From Epiperipatus broadwayi (taxonomy: Eukaryota > Animalia > Onychophora), in contig JAQFVV010000011.1 in NCBI GenBank assembly GCA_028023455.1, positions 5,456,001-5,520,000 of the forward strand: DNA of 64,000 nucleotides, in the 5' to 3' direction. Within the stretch, counting starts at the first letter, position 1. The number at the start of each line of letters is the position of its first letter. Made by a program: the position numbers and the translations under genes. Shown one piece after another: positions 1 through 12,050 of this stretch. The notes below the pieces were generated by a model that worked only from the letters and a program-made list of their open reading frames with translations, ran no database searches and was not told the origin of the DNA.

Positions 1-6
1 AAATCC

Positions 7-127
7 AATTCCAGTACTCAGAGGCTAAACTCTCCATACAGTAGCGCCACTAAGTGCAAGCCAGAGTAATCAATGGATGCAAGAAAAATGGTGATTACGT
101 GATGTTTAGTGGTTTAATTCCAGTACT
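7..127 (+). mobile_element. Short family-C insertion: inverted fragment plus direct 3' end, flanked by a 12-bp TSD
   Basis: AATTCCAGTACT at 7-18 and 116-127. Bases 19-~88 are the reverse complement of the repeat at 56705-56774; ~91-115 match its 3' end (56806-56830, 57238-57262). Confidence 0.8.
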
Positions 128-2439
128 GTAGGAAATAATTATATCTTAAATATGAATCTTTAGCGAAGATTATTTAATTAAATTCTTAATTGTTTGAAAG
201 TTTTTTTTTATGTAAAATTACAGATACTAGAGCTAGATTTTAAGAAAAGGGAAAAATAGTTTTCCATATTTTTAAATTTTTAACCCTTAATGTTAGAAAT
301 TTAGATATTTAATAACATCTTTCTCATCAACTGAATTGATTGGTGTAATTATGATATATATATATAAAGCAACTTTTAAATGGCTTTTTTTTCATTATTA
401 TTATTTTGTTAATTCATAATTCTTTCTCTTATTTTTATATTAAAAAAAATAAATGGATAATTTTTTATTTGCATTTAAAATCTATGCACTATTTCTGAAG
501 TGAATTCTTGTTTATTTGATTTAATTAGAATTATAGCATAATTATCTTCATTAACTGAGTTGTTGTATGCATTTTTAATGAGTTTAGCATTTCTGTATAT
601 TATTTATGCGTTAATCTATCTGTGACCTATTTTTATTACACATCTTATTATGTTTACAGTGTGATTTTTTAGAACAATATATTTTTAAAAGTCAGATACT
701 ATGCTACTGATGAAGGCCACAAGTTGTGGATAATGGAATTATCTTTAGACATGGGAGTTAATTGAGAACAGCTCATAAATATTACCTAACTAAAAATATA
801 CCCTGCAGCTTTGTAGAATACGATATCAATAAGTCAGCAGCTGTTTCCAATAGGAACTATTGTTTCTGCTTATTCTCTGTATACTTTTATTTTTCTATCT
901 TCAATCACTTAAGTAAGTATGGAACCCATCATCATGAGTCTCTCAAGTCATTTGTCATCTCTCTACACTGTGTAACCACATTTTGCAGCAGTTTCAGTAA
1001 CTGATAATTCTTTAGTAGTGATTTTTAGCTTGAGGCATTGCAATAAGTAAGAGATGAATTGGATTTGGGATAGGGGTTTTAATTCAGTAAATTCATAACT
1101 TTAGGCATTATATTTAGACTCTTCGTATCTAATATGCAGGTAATAAGGACCTAGAAAAAATAGATTAAAAATGGCCTATTAATATTTTTTAATCTTGATC
1201 TGTTGCTGTGATTTGACAGATTGTTAATTAAAATTGTACACATAATTTTAAAATCATTTATTAGTAATAAACAAAAGTATTTTTTTCTTTTCTACATTTT
1301 GAAACATTGAACGTGTACACATTATTTATGTGAACTCTTCAAGATTTAAATGTAGAATACTATATGTAGCTAAAGAGTTGCCAATATTTAAAATTGATAT
1401 AACTGTTCTCTGTGAAAATGATTTCCAAAGAAAGGAAGTGAATTTCAACATGGTTTTCATGGGATAGCCAGATCCCATTTACATAATAAAGATCATCTCA
1501 AAGATATTCTCAAATAAAATATTGATTGTTTTCATTTAAAAGATATGACTGAGGATAGAATCTAGTAGATAGCTGGAGTTAGGGAAAATATTGAACTATT
1601 TCAAAAAGTAAAATTTGTTGTTGAAGCAGTTGATAGTCATTCAAAACATTTATTTTATTTTGAAATTGAAATGGTCACAAATTATTTATGAATGGCTGCT
1701 AATGTTAGTGATAATTTTATAAGGAGTGCATTCATTGTATAGAACTAAATGTTGTATTTACGTATTAGAGATGCTACATATTAGACCTACTACATTTTTC
1801 ACATTCATATCAACCCACTGATAACTTTCTAATCTTGTAATGTGACCAAATAACATGCACACTTGGATGTTGTACAAACTTAGAATGATAAATTTGTCAA
1901 AATGGACCATGTGTACATGATATTTTCACAAGATATACAAAGTTGTCAGCAGTCTGAATATATATGTGAAAAGGCATAGCAGTTCTAATATGTGACAGTA
2001 ATTGTACCAGACTAAATCTAACAATACTAAAAAATATTAATTTCTAACTACCAAAAATATGAATGTCACACAAAAATAAATCTGAAAAAGTTTTATGCAA
2101 TTCCCAAATGCTACTTTAAATATGGGCAAAACAGTCACTAAATTACAAAATGCTTAAAATATACATATACAGTACTTAGTAGGTAATATATAACAGGAAT
2201 TGTTACGATGAAACAATTAATTTGTCTATTCTACTTTATTTTAAGTGGATAAAATTTTGTTTCAAAATGGAGACTAAAAATATTTTTTTAAAATTTTTCT
2301 CAAAATGGAGACTTACATAACACTTGATTGTGCAATATAACACCTGCATGGGATCTTCACCAGAAATGTTAATAAGTAGTAAATGTATTTTTTTCAAAAC
2401 CAAAAAAAAAAAAACAACAAAAAATTAAATTACTTCACT

Positions 2440-3010
2440 TTTATTATTTCTTCAATGTGGTGGACTAATTTTTTTTGATGCCCAGTATAATTCATACAAA
2501 AAAGTTTGGTTACCAGCAGCTTGTAATTCAGCAGTTTTATAGGTTTTTCAACAGTCCAAATAAATTGTCGATTCTTCTTCCACATTTTGTTTGATGGCTT
2601 CCATCAGAGTTGCTGCTATTCTATCATGAATTCTTATGACAAAACACTTATTGGTCTCCTTGTTCTGGAAGAATTCATTTGGCTTGGTTTTTTCTTTTTG
2701 TGCAAAAGATTCTCATCAATTTCAATGATTTTGTTAGGGTTTCCAGTTTTACATTATTCTCTGCTAAGCCAAGCTTTGTCTCTCCCCCCTCCCCATTCTA
2801 TGGATGTTAATTTGCAAGCCCAGCTGGAATTAAATAGGTTCACCATCAAAAATGGAATTTCATAACCCTCCGACCAAGTACTCTTACAAAAGCCTATTTT
2901 ATTATTACATCCTCGAATTTTACAATGCTATTGCTTGTTCGAAGTGTGGATGTACTCAACTGCATTGATCTAAGTAGCAGGTATATTCCAAATGTTCAAC
3001 ATTTTGTACT
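2440..3010 (-). mobile_element. Degenerate Merlin/ISXO2-like (IS1595-type) DDE transposase
   Basis: Minus-strand translation with stops and frameshifts: TWSEGYEIPF..SWACKLTSIE, GNPNKIIEIDE, NKCFVIRIHDRIAATLMEAIKQNVEEESTIYLDC*KTYKTAELQAAG. These match ISXO2-type motifs. Confidence 0.8.
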
Positions 3011-5479
3011 GCTTTAAAAAAAAATTGTAGTTTTAATCAGAAAATTGGAAAAAATAAATCAGCACTGAAGTAAAAAACACTTTGAGAAGAACTTGTCCGA
3101 ATGAAATCTGGACAATAAATGAAAGTGTAAATTTATCACATTATTGGAAGAGACCAGATGAGATCGCAAGGTTTATTTGACAGGATCGCAAGGTTAGACA
3201 TTTATCATGAATGTAAAAAGGTGTACCATCTCTCCTACATTACAGGACTAATATGTTTTTCCAAATGTTGATATTAATATCATTTTAATCTTTCACAAGA
3301 AAACAAATTAATGTTATTTTAAAATTTTTAATAGTAGTGACTATTGCATAGAACTTCTGATTTATATGCTCAAGATAATGCAAGAAATAAACAGGGTATT
3401 TCAGCAGCTTTGCTTTTATCAATTAAATGAATGAATAGTTAGTTCTCATTCCCTGAAAATATTCTGATGAATTGTTATATATATATATATATTATAATCA
3501 TTTTAAATCTTATATGTATGATAAACCTACAATTATTTAAATTACTGTCCAACAAGTATAGACAAATCTGATATTTTTGTCATAGAAATTTTTTAATTAT
3601 TGTCTTATCATTTTGTAGTACCTATATAGTTATCTCTCAAATGTAATATATGGATTTAAAATATCTTTCATGTGTTATATAATTGTTCAGAGTAATTGTG
3701 ATCCAGTTCTTTCACAATAATTTACAAGAAATATAATTATAAACAAATGTGTAATACTTTGGAATTATACTTTCTCCAATTGTTAAATTGCTTTTAATAA
3801 CATTCTTGCCATTAATGATGTTTTTGATAGTTTTCATTGTTTCAATAGTCACCATAAATAATTTATAAAGAAATCAGGAATGATTGGCATAGATTTATTT
3901 TACAATTTTTTTATAAATAGTAAAATAGTGATTTTATAAGATTTTTGCTTATAATTTTTTTTTTTAAATAAATAAGTTCATTTATCTAATTTCTTTATAT
4001 TAGAAATAAATATTTTGTTTTTTAAACAATGGCTAATTTTTTTTTGAAAGCAAATAAATGCAGGCTTCTTGCCCCAATAATTTATATTTTATACAAAAAA
4101 GAAATTTGTCATCATTTGAAATCAGTTATGAATTAAGGGGTTGCTTTTTTTTTTTTTTTGTTAAGTTTAGTTAGATTAACTTTCTTTCATCATTTTCACA
4201 CATTGTTACTACATTGAAGGATCAATATTTGTTCAGTTTTAATCCAGTTTCTTCAATCTGTAGATGCTCCACAATATCTCATCAAACTTCTTTATTTGTT
4301 TCATTTTTTTGGGATCCTATTTAATATTTCAGTTGTTGACCTATTTCAGCCATTTAATTATTTTATTGAGATTGACAATACTTGTTTGCTTCCTAATCAT
4401 TTATTTTGATTATGAATCTTGTTTTTCCAACATATATTCTCTCTGTATTTAACTTATTAAAGAATTATTTAAAAATTTTTTCAGAACAGTATTTTTAATA
4501 TTTGATTGGTTGAATGCAGTCTTAAAATAGTTTTAATTATGTTGAAGTTTGTATTCTAATTTATTTTTTACATGTATATATATTTCTATCGATTTAACTA
4601 ATTATCACAAATAACAAACATTTCAAATTCTCATTAAGAAGCAATTTGTAGCCTGCTAAGATTAGTTTTTGATACTGTTCTTAATAATGTTTGAAGTTGT
4701 GAACATTATATATAGTCATTACATTAATTATGTATTTCATGTATGATCACATTAAACATTACAATGCTGTACATTAAATAATCTTAACCTTAATGTGTAC
4801 AAGCATATTATTTTCTTAATCTTTATAGTTGATACAGATTTAACTTCTATTTATTTGGAGAGTTCTCTTTTATTTACCCACAATGTATACATATTCTTAA
4901 ATATGCAAAACTCTTTATAATTAAATTTTACTGAACGTTATTTTTATTATATTGTATATATAACAATAATGATAACATTTATTTCTGGCATACAGTTCAA
5001 ATTGTTTCAAATAAAACATCATCTGTGTCTTGATTATTGATATAGAATGACATAACTCATGCAAATATTGAACAATTATGAAAATCCATTAAAAATTCTC
5101 ATGCAATAAAGTTGAGTTGAAGCTATAGTAAATCTACATTTGGATTAACTAGTACACATACATAGTACCAGTTTGTATTAATGAATGTAGAGGTGAAAGG
5201 CATATTTTAGTCAGAATTTTTGATTTAACAGATGAGCTATCAAAGGGAAGGCATTCTTTACAGAAAATACTCTTAGAGCCGTACATAGATTTTGTCGAGA
5301 AAATTACTTTCACTGAAAAATATGATGTTTTAGTATGTGATGAATTAAAAAAGCAGAAAATCCAATTAGAATAAGTAAATAATACCCATGAAGATGCATA
5401 AAAAATCATGTCAATAGTTCTCAGTCTAAAGAAAGCTTAGGGTGAGATAACTAGATAGCAAGTTATCATGGATGAAAAT

Positions 5480-5804
5480 ATGTTTTCATTGTTTTTGTCT
5501 GAAGATTTGTGATGATGGTATATTATTAGATATGATATGTTGGACTATTTCCATCATCTATGAGTGAACGTTGAATGTATAGAAAATTTTAAACTTTATT
5601 TAAATTTTTCAAATACAAACAACTTGTTAGTAATACACAAATAGATAACACAGGTAATGTTGAATGTATAGAAAATTTTAAACTTTATTTAAACTTTTCA
5701 AATACAAACAACATTTTAGTAATAACACACAGACAACACATTCAACATTTACTAATATTGTAGATGATGGAAGTAGTCCAACATATTCCATCTAATGTTT
5801 TCGT
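5480..5804 (-). mobile_element. Fold-back insertion: ~35-bp inverted arms, internal ~89-bp tandem duplication, 35-nt tail, 10-bp TSD
   Basis: Arms at 5525-5560 and 5761-5796; ATGTTTTC(A/G)T at 5480-5489 and 5795-5804. The strand is assigned only by analogy with the other tailed elements. Confidence 0.6.
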
Positions 5805-6606
5805 AGTCATTAGTAATTTGCATTATTTGCCAATCTTGTAACATAGCAATGATAGTATTGCAGTATTTAGAAGAGCATTACACTTTAATATGCCATTTAT
5901 GTCAAATAATTATTATCTATTCATAAACAGTGCTATGTAAAACTGCTAAGAAGAATGTAAGTTAAAGATGTTTTAGAACCGCAAGTCACTATTTCCCAAT
6001 CCATAACACCTAAGGTTTTATTATTTATCTTTTTATAATGTAGTTTGTATTTGTCTTTTCTATATTAATCAGACAAAAATGTGATTTTGTCCATTATTGA
6101 CTTTATAAAAATCTTTATACTACTATAATCAAATAATTTTGTGGTATGGTTGCGATGGAGTTATTAAAATTGATTGATGAACAAGTATTTTTTTGATTAA
6201 TATTTGAATAAATAGTCTTGTTTGAAAGATCATTCTACATTTTCTGAAAGTTAAAATATAATTTGATTTCCATTGGGATTTTAATTTTTAGAAACATAAT
6301 TTGTTTTTTTAATGTTTTTTTTATTTGTGATTTTGATTACTAAATAATCACTTCTTCACTAATTAGTATCTTCCAACATTGGCAATTCATCTTCCTAAAT
6401 ACCCATCAGTGGAGAAACCATTAATTACTTTCTTTTCAAAATCTCATAAAATTAAATGATTTCAGACTATCATTTTATGTCATTCATTGTTGCTTAATGG
6501 TTTTTTATAGGTTAATAATAACACAAACACTTTGATTATTACTTTTTTTATATGCATTACTAGCCTGCCTATTGACAATTAGCATTGAATTGAACCAGTC
6601 ATGTTA

Positions 6607-6719
6607 GGATTCATGAATACTGAATTTGAGGTGATACTGTAACCAACTAGTTTATTTTGTTTTTGACAGAATAATCTAATTGGTTAGAGCATTGCCTTAA
6701 ATTCAGAATTCATGAATCC
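6607..6719. repeat. Imperfect hairpin with 44-bp arms and a 25-bp spacer
   Basis: 6607-6650 is the reverse complement of 6676-6719, with about 6 mismatches. Confidence 0.75.
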
Positions 6720-6846
6720 AAAAGATACTGATTTAAATACCAAATTGAAGAAGGCAAGATAAAAACCTCCACACTAACCTAATGTATAATTATTGACCAT
6801 TGAATGAATTTAAAAAAAGTATAAATTAAGTTGGAATTTTTTTAAA

Positions 6847-7258
6847 AATTCAATTAGATGAAATTTATGTAGAAGCCACAAAAACTCCCCAATGAGCTAT
6901 ATGTAAATTAATATAACTCCATCAATAAATGAAAAGTACAGAGTGGACCACCTGTATTTTAACTTGGATAATGTATAAGCATCCAATTTATTAACATATT
7001 ACAACACAAAGCATGAATTATATATATTTATGTAATTTCAGGATAACTATAAGCTATTCTGAAATCACTATAACTAATCAAAGGTAAAAGCTGTATTGTA
7101 ATATATCACAGCTAAAGTATAAATGGATTCACTCTGTACTTTTTTGTTTATTGATGGAGTTGTATTAGTTTGCATATAGCTTGCTGGGATTTTTGGGTGG
7201 CTTCTACATAAATTTCATTTACATTTGCACTATCATAATTTATATTTAATTCAATTAG
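6847..7258 (+). mobile_element. Fold-back insertion: ~93-bp inverted arms, 29-nt tail, 11-bp TSD
   Basis: Arms at 6858-6950 and 7124-7218; perfect AATTCAATTAG at 6847-6857 and 7248-7258. Confidence 0.75.
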
Positions 7259-7907
7259 GTGATGGAAATAATCAATCATATAACTTTATGTATTATTGTA
7301 GCATCATAAATCACCAGACAACCATTGTTGTGTTATTTTGATTAAAATTTTAAAACCCATACAGAATTTATTTATTTATTTTTGTTTTAATTAAGTATTT
7401 ACGGCAATGCATTTTATGTACATGTGTTTGAATGTATACATTATTATGATCTTTGACTTTTTTATAAATAATCCAAGAGCCGATGAATAAATTTTAAAAG
7501 TTAGATGCCAAATATTTTGATTAAGTTTTTTTTTATGACTGATTGTGATGAAGTATTTGATTAGCTTTATTATTTGAGTAAGAGAAATGACTGATCATGA
7601 ATCTGTTCATAAGTTTAAAAAAAAAAAAAATTTTTTTTATTGACTATATCACGTATAAAAGACAGTGAATGAACTTCAAATATTTGTACTAATAAATAAA
7701 TATTTGTACTAATTTATTCTTTTTATACTTAATTTATTTATAAATATATTGTACAAACTATAACAATAAATTTTTAATATGACATGTAGGACATATTGCA
7801 AATTTGTATTCAACAGCCATTAAAATTATCACACACATATATATTTCACTTTTATTGATTGTTATGTTTACTATACAAAATATACATGACTTTGTAAAAT
7901 TAATTGT

Positions 7908-8857
7908 TCAAATATAATATTTTAAATGCAAGTATACTTTATATACTTGGAGTCGGAGTGTAATATAGAGGATTTGAACACAGATTTTCAAGCTCTCTTC
8001 AGCCATCCACTCTATCTTATACAACTGATACGCATAACCACACACATGTGAAGAAGTAAATGATCTCCAAGGAACGTCTTTCATGCTGAAATAACACTCA
8101 TGTCCATATCATCTCCCACACACATATATAATCAGAAGCTCAGTTTTATATTAAGGTAGCAAATCTTTACATTTTAATGAACAGGCTTCAGTCTACTCCA
8201 CCTTCCAACTCTTAAGTTTTACATGTGATTGAAAATCTGAGGGAACATCAAAATCACTTGTTAATGCCAATATTATTGTCATGCCCATGTTTTTTTAAGT
8301 CACTCTGTCTCTTTATGTATAGGACATTATCCATTCAAATACACATAAGAGGGATAGGCAGAATACAAGCTGAATTTGTAATATTTTAAATACAGTATAC
8401 TTTATATACCTGGAATCTAGATTCAGCCTGTATGCTGCTCACCCTCTTCTATATATTTGAATGGACAAGATTCTGTACATGAGGAGTCAGAGTGACTTAA
8501 AAGTCAACATGAACATGACAATAATTTTGGCATTAACAAGGGATTTGGTTGTTCCATCATCAGATTTTCAATGGTATGGATGGCTGAAGAATTGGAAGAT
8601 GGAGTAGATTGAAGTATTTCCATTAAAATTTGAAAATTTGTTATCTTAATATAAAACCAAGCACTGATTATATATAAGTGTAGGAGATGATGATCTGGAC
8701 CAACTGATGAGTGCTGGTTTAGCATGAAATGTGTATATTAGCGATTATTTATTTTTTTAACATGCGTGTAGTCATGTGTATTGGTTGTATGAGATAGAGT
8801 GGATGGCTGAAGGGAACTTGAAAGTCTGTGTTCAAATCCCCTATATTATATCAAATA
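7908..8857. mobile_element. Family-B hammerhead-bearing repeat: ~1.07 monomers (period ~463) followed by an inverted monomer
   Basis: 7960-8375 and 8415-8850 are inverted copies at roughly 75-80% identity by eye. The monomer start motif TATACTTTATATAC recurs at 7933 and 8396. Candidate TSD TCAAATA at 7908-7914 and 8851-8857. Confidence 0.8.
8691..8747 (+). ncRNA. Type I hammerhead ribozyme motif, family B (core intact, stems partly eroded)
   Basis: UGAUCU-GGA-CCAA CUGAUGA GUGCUG-GUU-UAGCAU GAAA UG-UG-UAU-A UUAG CGAUUA; CUGAUGA at 8704-8710, GAAA at 8726-8729. Confidence 0.65.
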
Positions 8858-8922
8858 ATTATAGTAAGAGAATCTTTTTCTTGAAAATATGTTTGAATCT
8901 AAATACTGTAGTTTTATAATAA

Positions 8923-9027
8923 TTATTGGAAAATTATTATAAATTATTAATTTCAAACATATCTAAAATTCCTTTTATTGGAAAATTATTATAAATTATT
9001 AATTTCAAACATATCTAAAATTCCTTT
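8923..9027. repeat. Tandem duplication, 2 x 52 bp
   Basis: TTATTGGAAAATTATT...AAAATTCCTT starts at 8923 and again at 8975. Confidence 0.9.
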
Positions 9028-9329
9028 CACTCAGGCTTTCTTTACTACCATTTTTGCTTTATGTAGCAGTTGGTTTTTTTAATCTTTTAGTTCTGTCTCT
9101 TTGGATCATCAAAATGGTTCTTGATGCTTCTTTTTTTCATATATTTTTCTTCCAATTCTTAATTCCTTATTTCATAAATATAATTGTCTTTCTTAGATTT
9201 TAATTACTGACAGTTTTTAATACTGATTAATGAATGAAGTTGTTAAGAATATTCCTATTTGTTTTGTTGTTTCTAATTTTTTTTTCAAGAATTTTTGATA
9301 AAGAGTTTTGATATTTCTAATCAAATCCT

Positions 9330-12050
9330 TTAGATCATGAGTATCTGGTATTTTGTATCAAGTACCACATATAAAATTAATTGTTTTTGTCTTGAATAAT
9401 TTCTTTTTAAGTTGCATATTTCATTGTAACATTATACATTCCATTTTAAATTCGCAATTAATATGTTGATATTATCTGAGAACGGGATATACTAAAATAC
9501 CATTGGTGTTTTATGAAATATTGAAGCTGATTCTCAAAATCTTATGACAAAATGCAATCAATGTTACATATTTTTTACTATTTACACAACATGGTCTAGA
9601 CAGAGTTTTTCAGAGAATTTTTGTTCTTAATTTAATATTACCACAATCTCACTTTAATTTCAAATGTTGTCATTGTTTGAAGCATCATCATTATCATCAA
9701 CCATTATCAATCCATTGCAGGATGAAGGTCTCTCCAAGATCAATCCATCTTCCCAATCTTTAACTTCTCTTCTCCACATCACCCCTGCACACTTTCTTAT
9801 TTCATCCATCCATTTCACATGTTGTCTCTTTCTGGGTCTTTTACAATCTCTTGGAATCCAGTTTAAGATTTCAATTGTCCATCTATTATCATCTCTTCTA
9901 GAAATATGTCCAGCCCAACTCCACTTCAGTCTTTTAATTTTTTCAATGAGGTCAGTAACACCTGTTTGTTCTCTTACCCATATATTTGTTTTAAATCTCT
10001 TCTTATTACTCCCAACATGCATCTCTCCATACTTCTTTGAGTGGTCTATAGTCTCTTTATTGCTCTTTTATTAAGTGTCCAAATCTCAGATCCGTAAGTA
10101 AGAACTGGTAAAACACATTTATTAAAAACCTTCCTTTTCAAACACATAGGCATATTTTCTTTTAGTATTAAATTCTATGATTAATTTCATCCATTATGTT
10201 TCCATCTGTATTAGTAATCTGACCAAGGCATTTGTAACTGGTAACTTCTTTTAACTCATCATAATCAATCTTTATTTTCATATTTTGAGAAAATCCATTA
10301 AACATTACTTAGTCTTTTTAGCATTTATCTTTAGTTCTACTTTCGTACTTGCATCTGATAACTCCTGCAACATTTCCTGCAGCTCTAAAGCATTATTTGC
10401 AAAAACAACTACATCATCTGCAAAATCTAAATGACTTAAATAATTTCCATTTACTTTTACTCCTTTAGCTTTCCATTTTAATCCACAAAATATTTCTTGA
10501 AGCACTACTGTAAAAAGTTTTGGAGATATGGAGTCATCCTGTCTTACATCCCTCTCAATGTTGACTTTCCTTGTATCATTATGTAATCTAATTGTTGCTG
10601 TTGCATTTTTATAAATATTCTTTAAAATATAACAATATTTTGTATCTATACTTTGATGATCCAATGCTTTAATCTGAAGAAATGTTTATAGAATCAAATG
10701 TCTTTTCATAATCTACAAATCCAAAACATAATGACAACTCACATTCATTTGTCCTTTCTATAACTTCTCTCAATACCTCGATATGATCTACTATACTAAA
10801 GCTACTTTTAAATCCAGCTTGTTCTCTTGGTTGGTGGAAATCCAATGTTTTCTATAGACAAGTTGTAATTATATTGATAAAATTTTTGTATAAAACTGAT
10901 AAAAAGCTGATAGTTCCGTAATTTTTAATATCTTCTTTATCACCTTTTTTCAATATTAATATTGCATTCTTCCAATCATCTGGTACATATCTGGAAGCAA
11001 GTCATTCATTATTTGATTTCCAAGTTGGAAGTCTATTTTCAGTTTATTTAAATAAACAATCATATCCAATAAAAATATTAAATTGGCCAACTAATTCTTA
11101 TTTTCAAATGAGTTTGTAAAGCATTTTATTTTTTTTTCTTCAAATCATAAAAGTATTTAAGCATTTTACTATAACATTGATTTTACTGCAAATAAGTATA
11201 CATTATCTTCATACCTAGCATTTGAAGTATTAGAAATATTTAAAATTCACAGGAAGTTAATCCTTTTAATCTTATTAAATTTATTATTTTAATGATGATT
11301 TTTGTAATACTATTCATTTTCAAGCTTTTGTGCACAAATTTTTCTGATGCATGATGCAGTGATATTTCATGAAATACAATTTATCAATTTTTTTAGATCA
11401 CCTTCTGTTAGTTTTCAGTCTTATCTACTTTTCAATCATAGCTGGAGCACTCCTGTGATGTTATTAGACTATTGTTGATGGTATGGTATAAGAAAAATCT
11501 TGATAATCTTATTTTTATTGATTTATATAAATCAATACATTTAATTATATCTTGAGTGGAATTAAGAAAGCCATTTCTTTAGAAATATTAAATTTGTTAT
11601 CAATATGACAAGTTGAGCCATATTGAAAGCATTAATGTTTTCATTCAAAGCTATGGATTAAAACTTGAGATTCCAAACTTTTTCAACTGATTTGGCTAAC
11701 TCACTAATGAATACATCTACCATTTATCAAATTTTTGTTTGCAGGATAAGTTGATTTTACTATACTTTCAAGTCCTTTATTCATAAATTTGGCTGCAGTA
11801 ATCAGTTTCAGTTTTTTTAGCATTTAAATTTGCTGTCATATAACTTGCTTAGAGTGATTCAATTTAAATAATTATTTTATGAAATATTTTTTTATTTATG
11901 ACACATTCTTTGCAATTCATCAAATTTTGAATGGATTTGAGCATATTGCCATTTCAAATTATGGTTTCTGAAAATGGATACTACTTTTCAGCATGCCAAA
12001 CACAGTATTTTAATATTTGCTTAAAAAAATAGCCATCAGTCCATTTTCTT
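9330..12050 (-). mobile_element. Degenerate hAT transposase (SPIN/GTF2IRD2-like), interrupted by an RTE LINE
   Basis: Minus-strand fragments: SAPAMIEK (TDGAPAM-like), SLKMNSITKIIIKIINLIRLKG, KMLKYFYDLK, FLLDMIVYLNKL..NQIMNDL|LQTMTTFEIKVRLW, EFKMECIMLQ. Confidence 0.7.
9685..10993 (-). mobile_element. 5'-truncated RTE-clade LINE (reverse transcriptase and C-terminus)
   Basis: ORF 10305-10664 has RQDDSISPKLF and LSHLDFADDV; ORF 9660-10022 has LKWSWAGHISRRDDNRW and KRPRKR..W.DEI; upstream VPDDWKNA and QPREQAGF. (TGA)n-like 3' tail; TSD GAAGCA at 9679-9684 and 10994-10999. Confidence 0.93.

Noticed and set aside
2587-2865. 92-aa + strand ORF
   Set aside because: Antisense shadow of the Merlin transposase relic.
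6607-6719. Hairpin as another tailed TSD-flanked insertion or a pre-miRNA
   Set aside because: No flanking direct repeat found and no expression evidence.
8504-8725. 73-aa ORF overlapping the family-B repeat
   Set aside because: Not open in the other copies and runs antisense to the ribozyme; no GIY-YIG or RT motif recognised.
9664-10074. 136-aa + strand ORF
   Set aside because: Antisense of the RTE C-terminal ORF.
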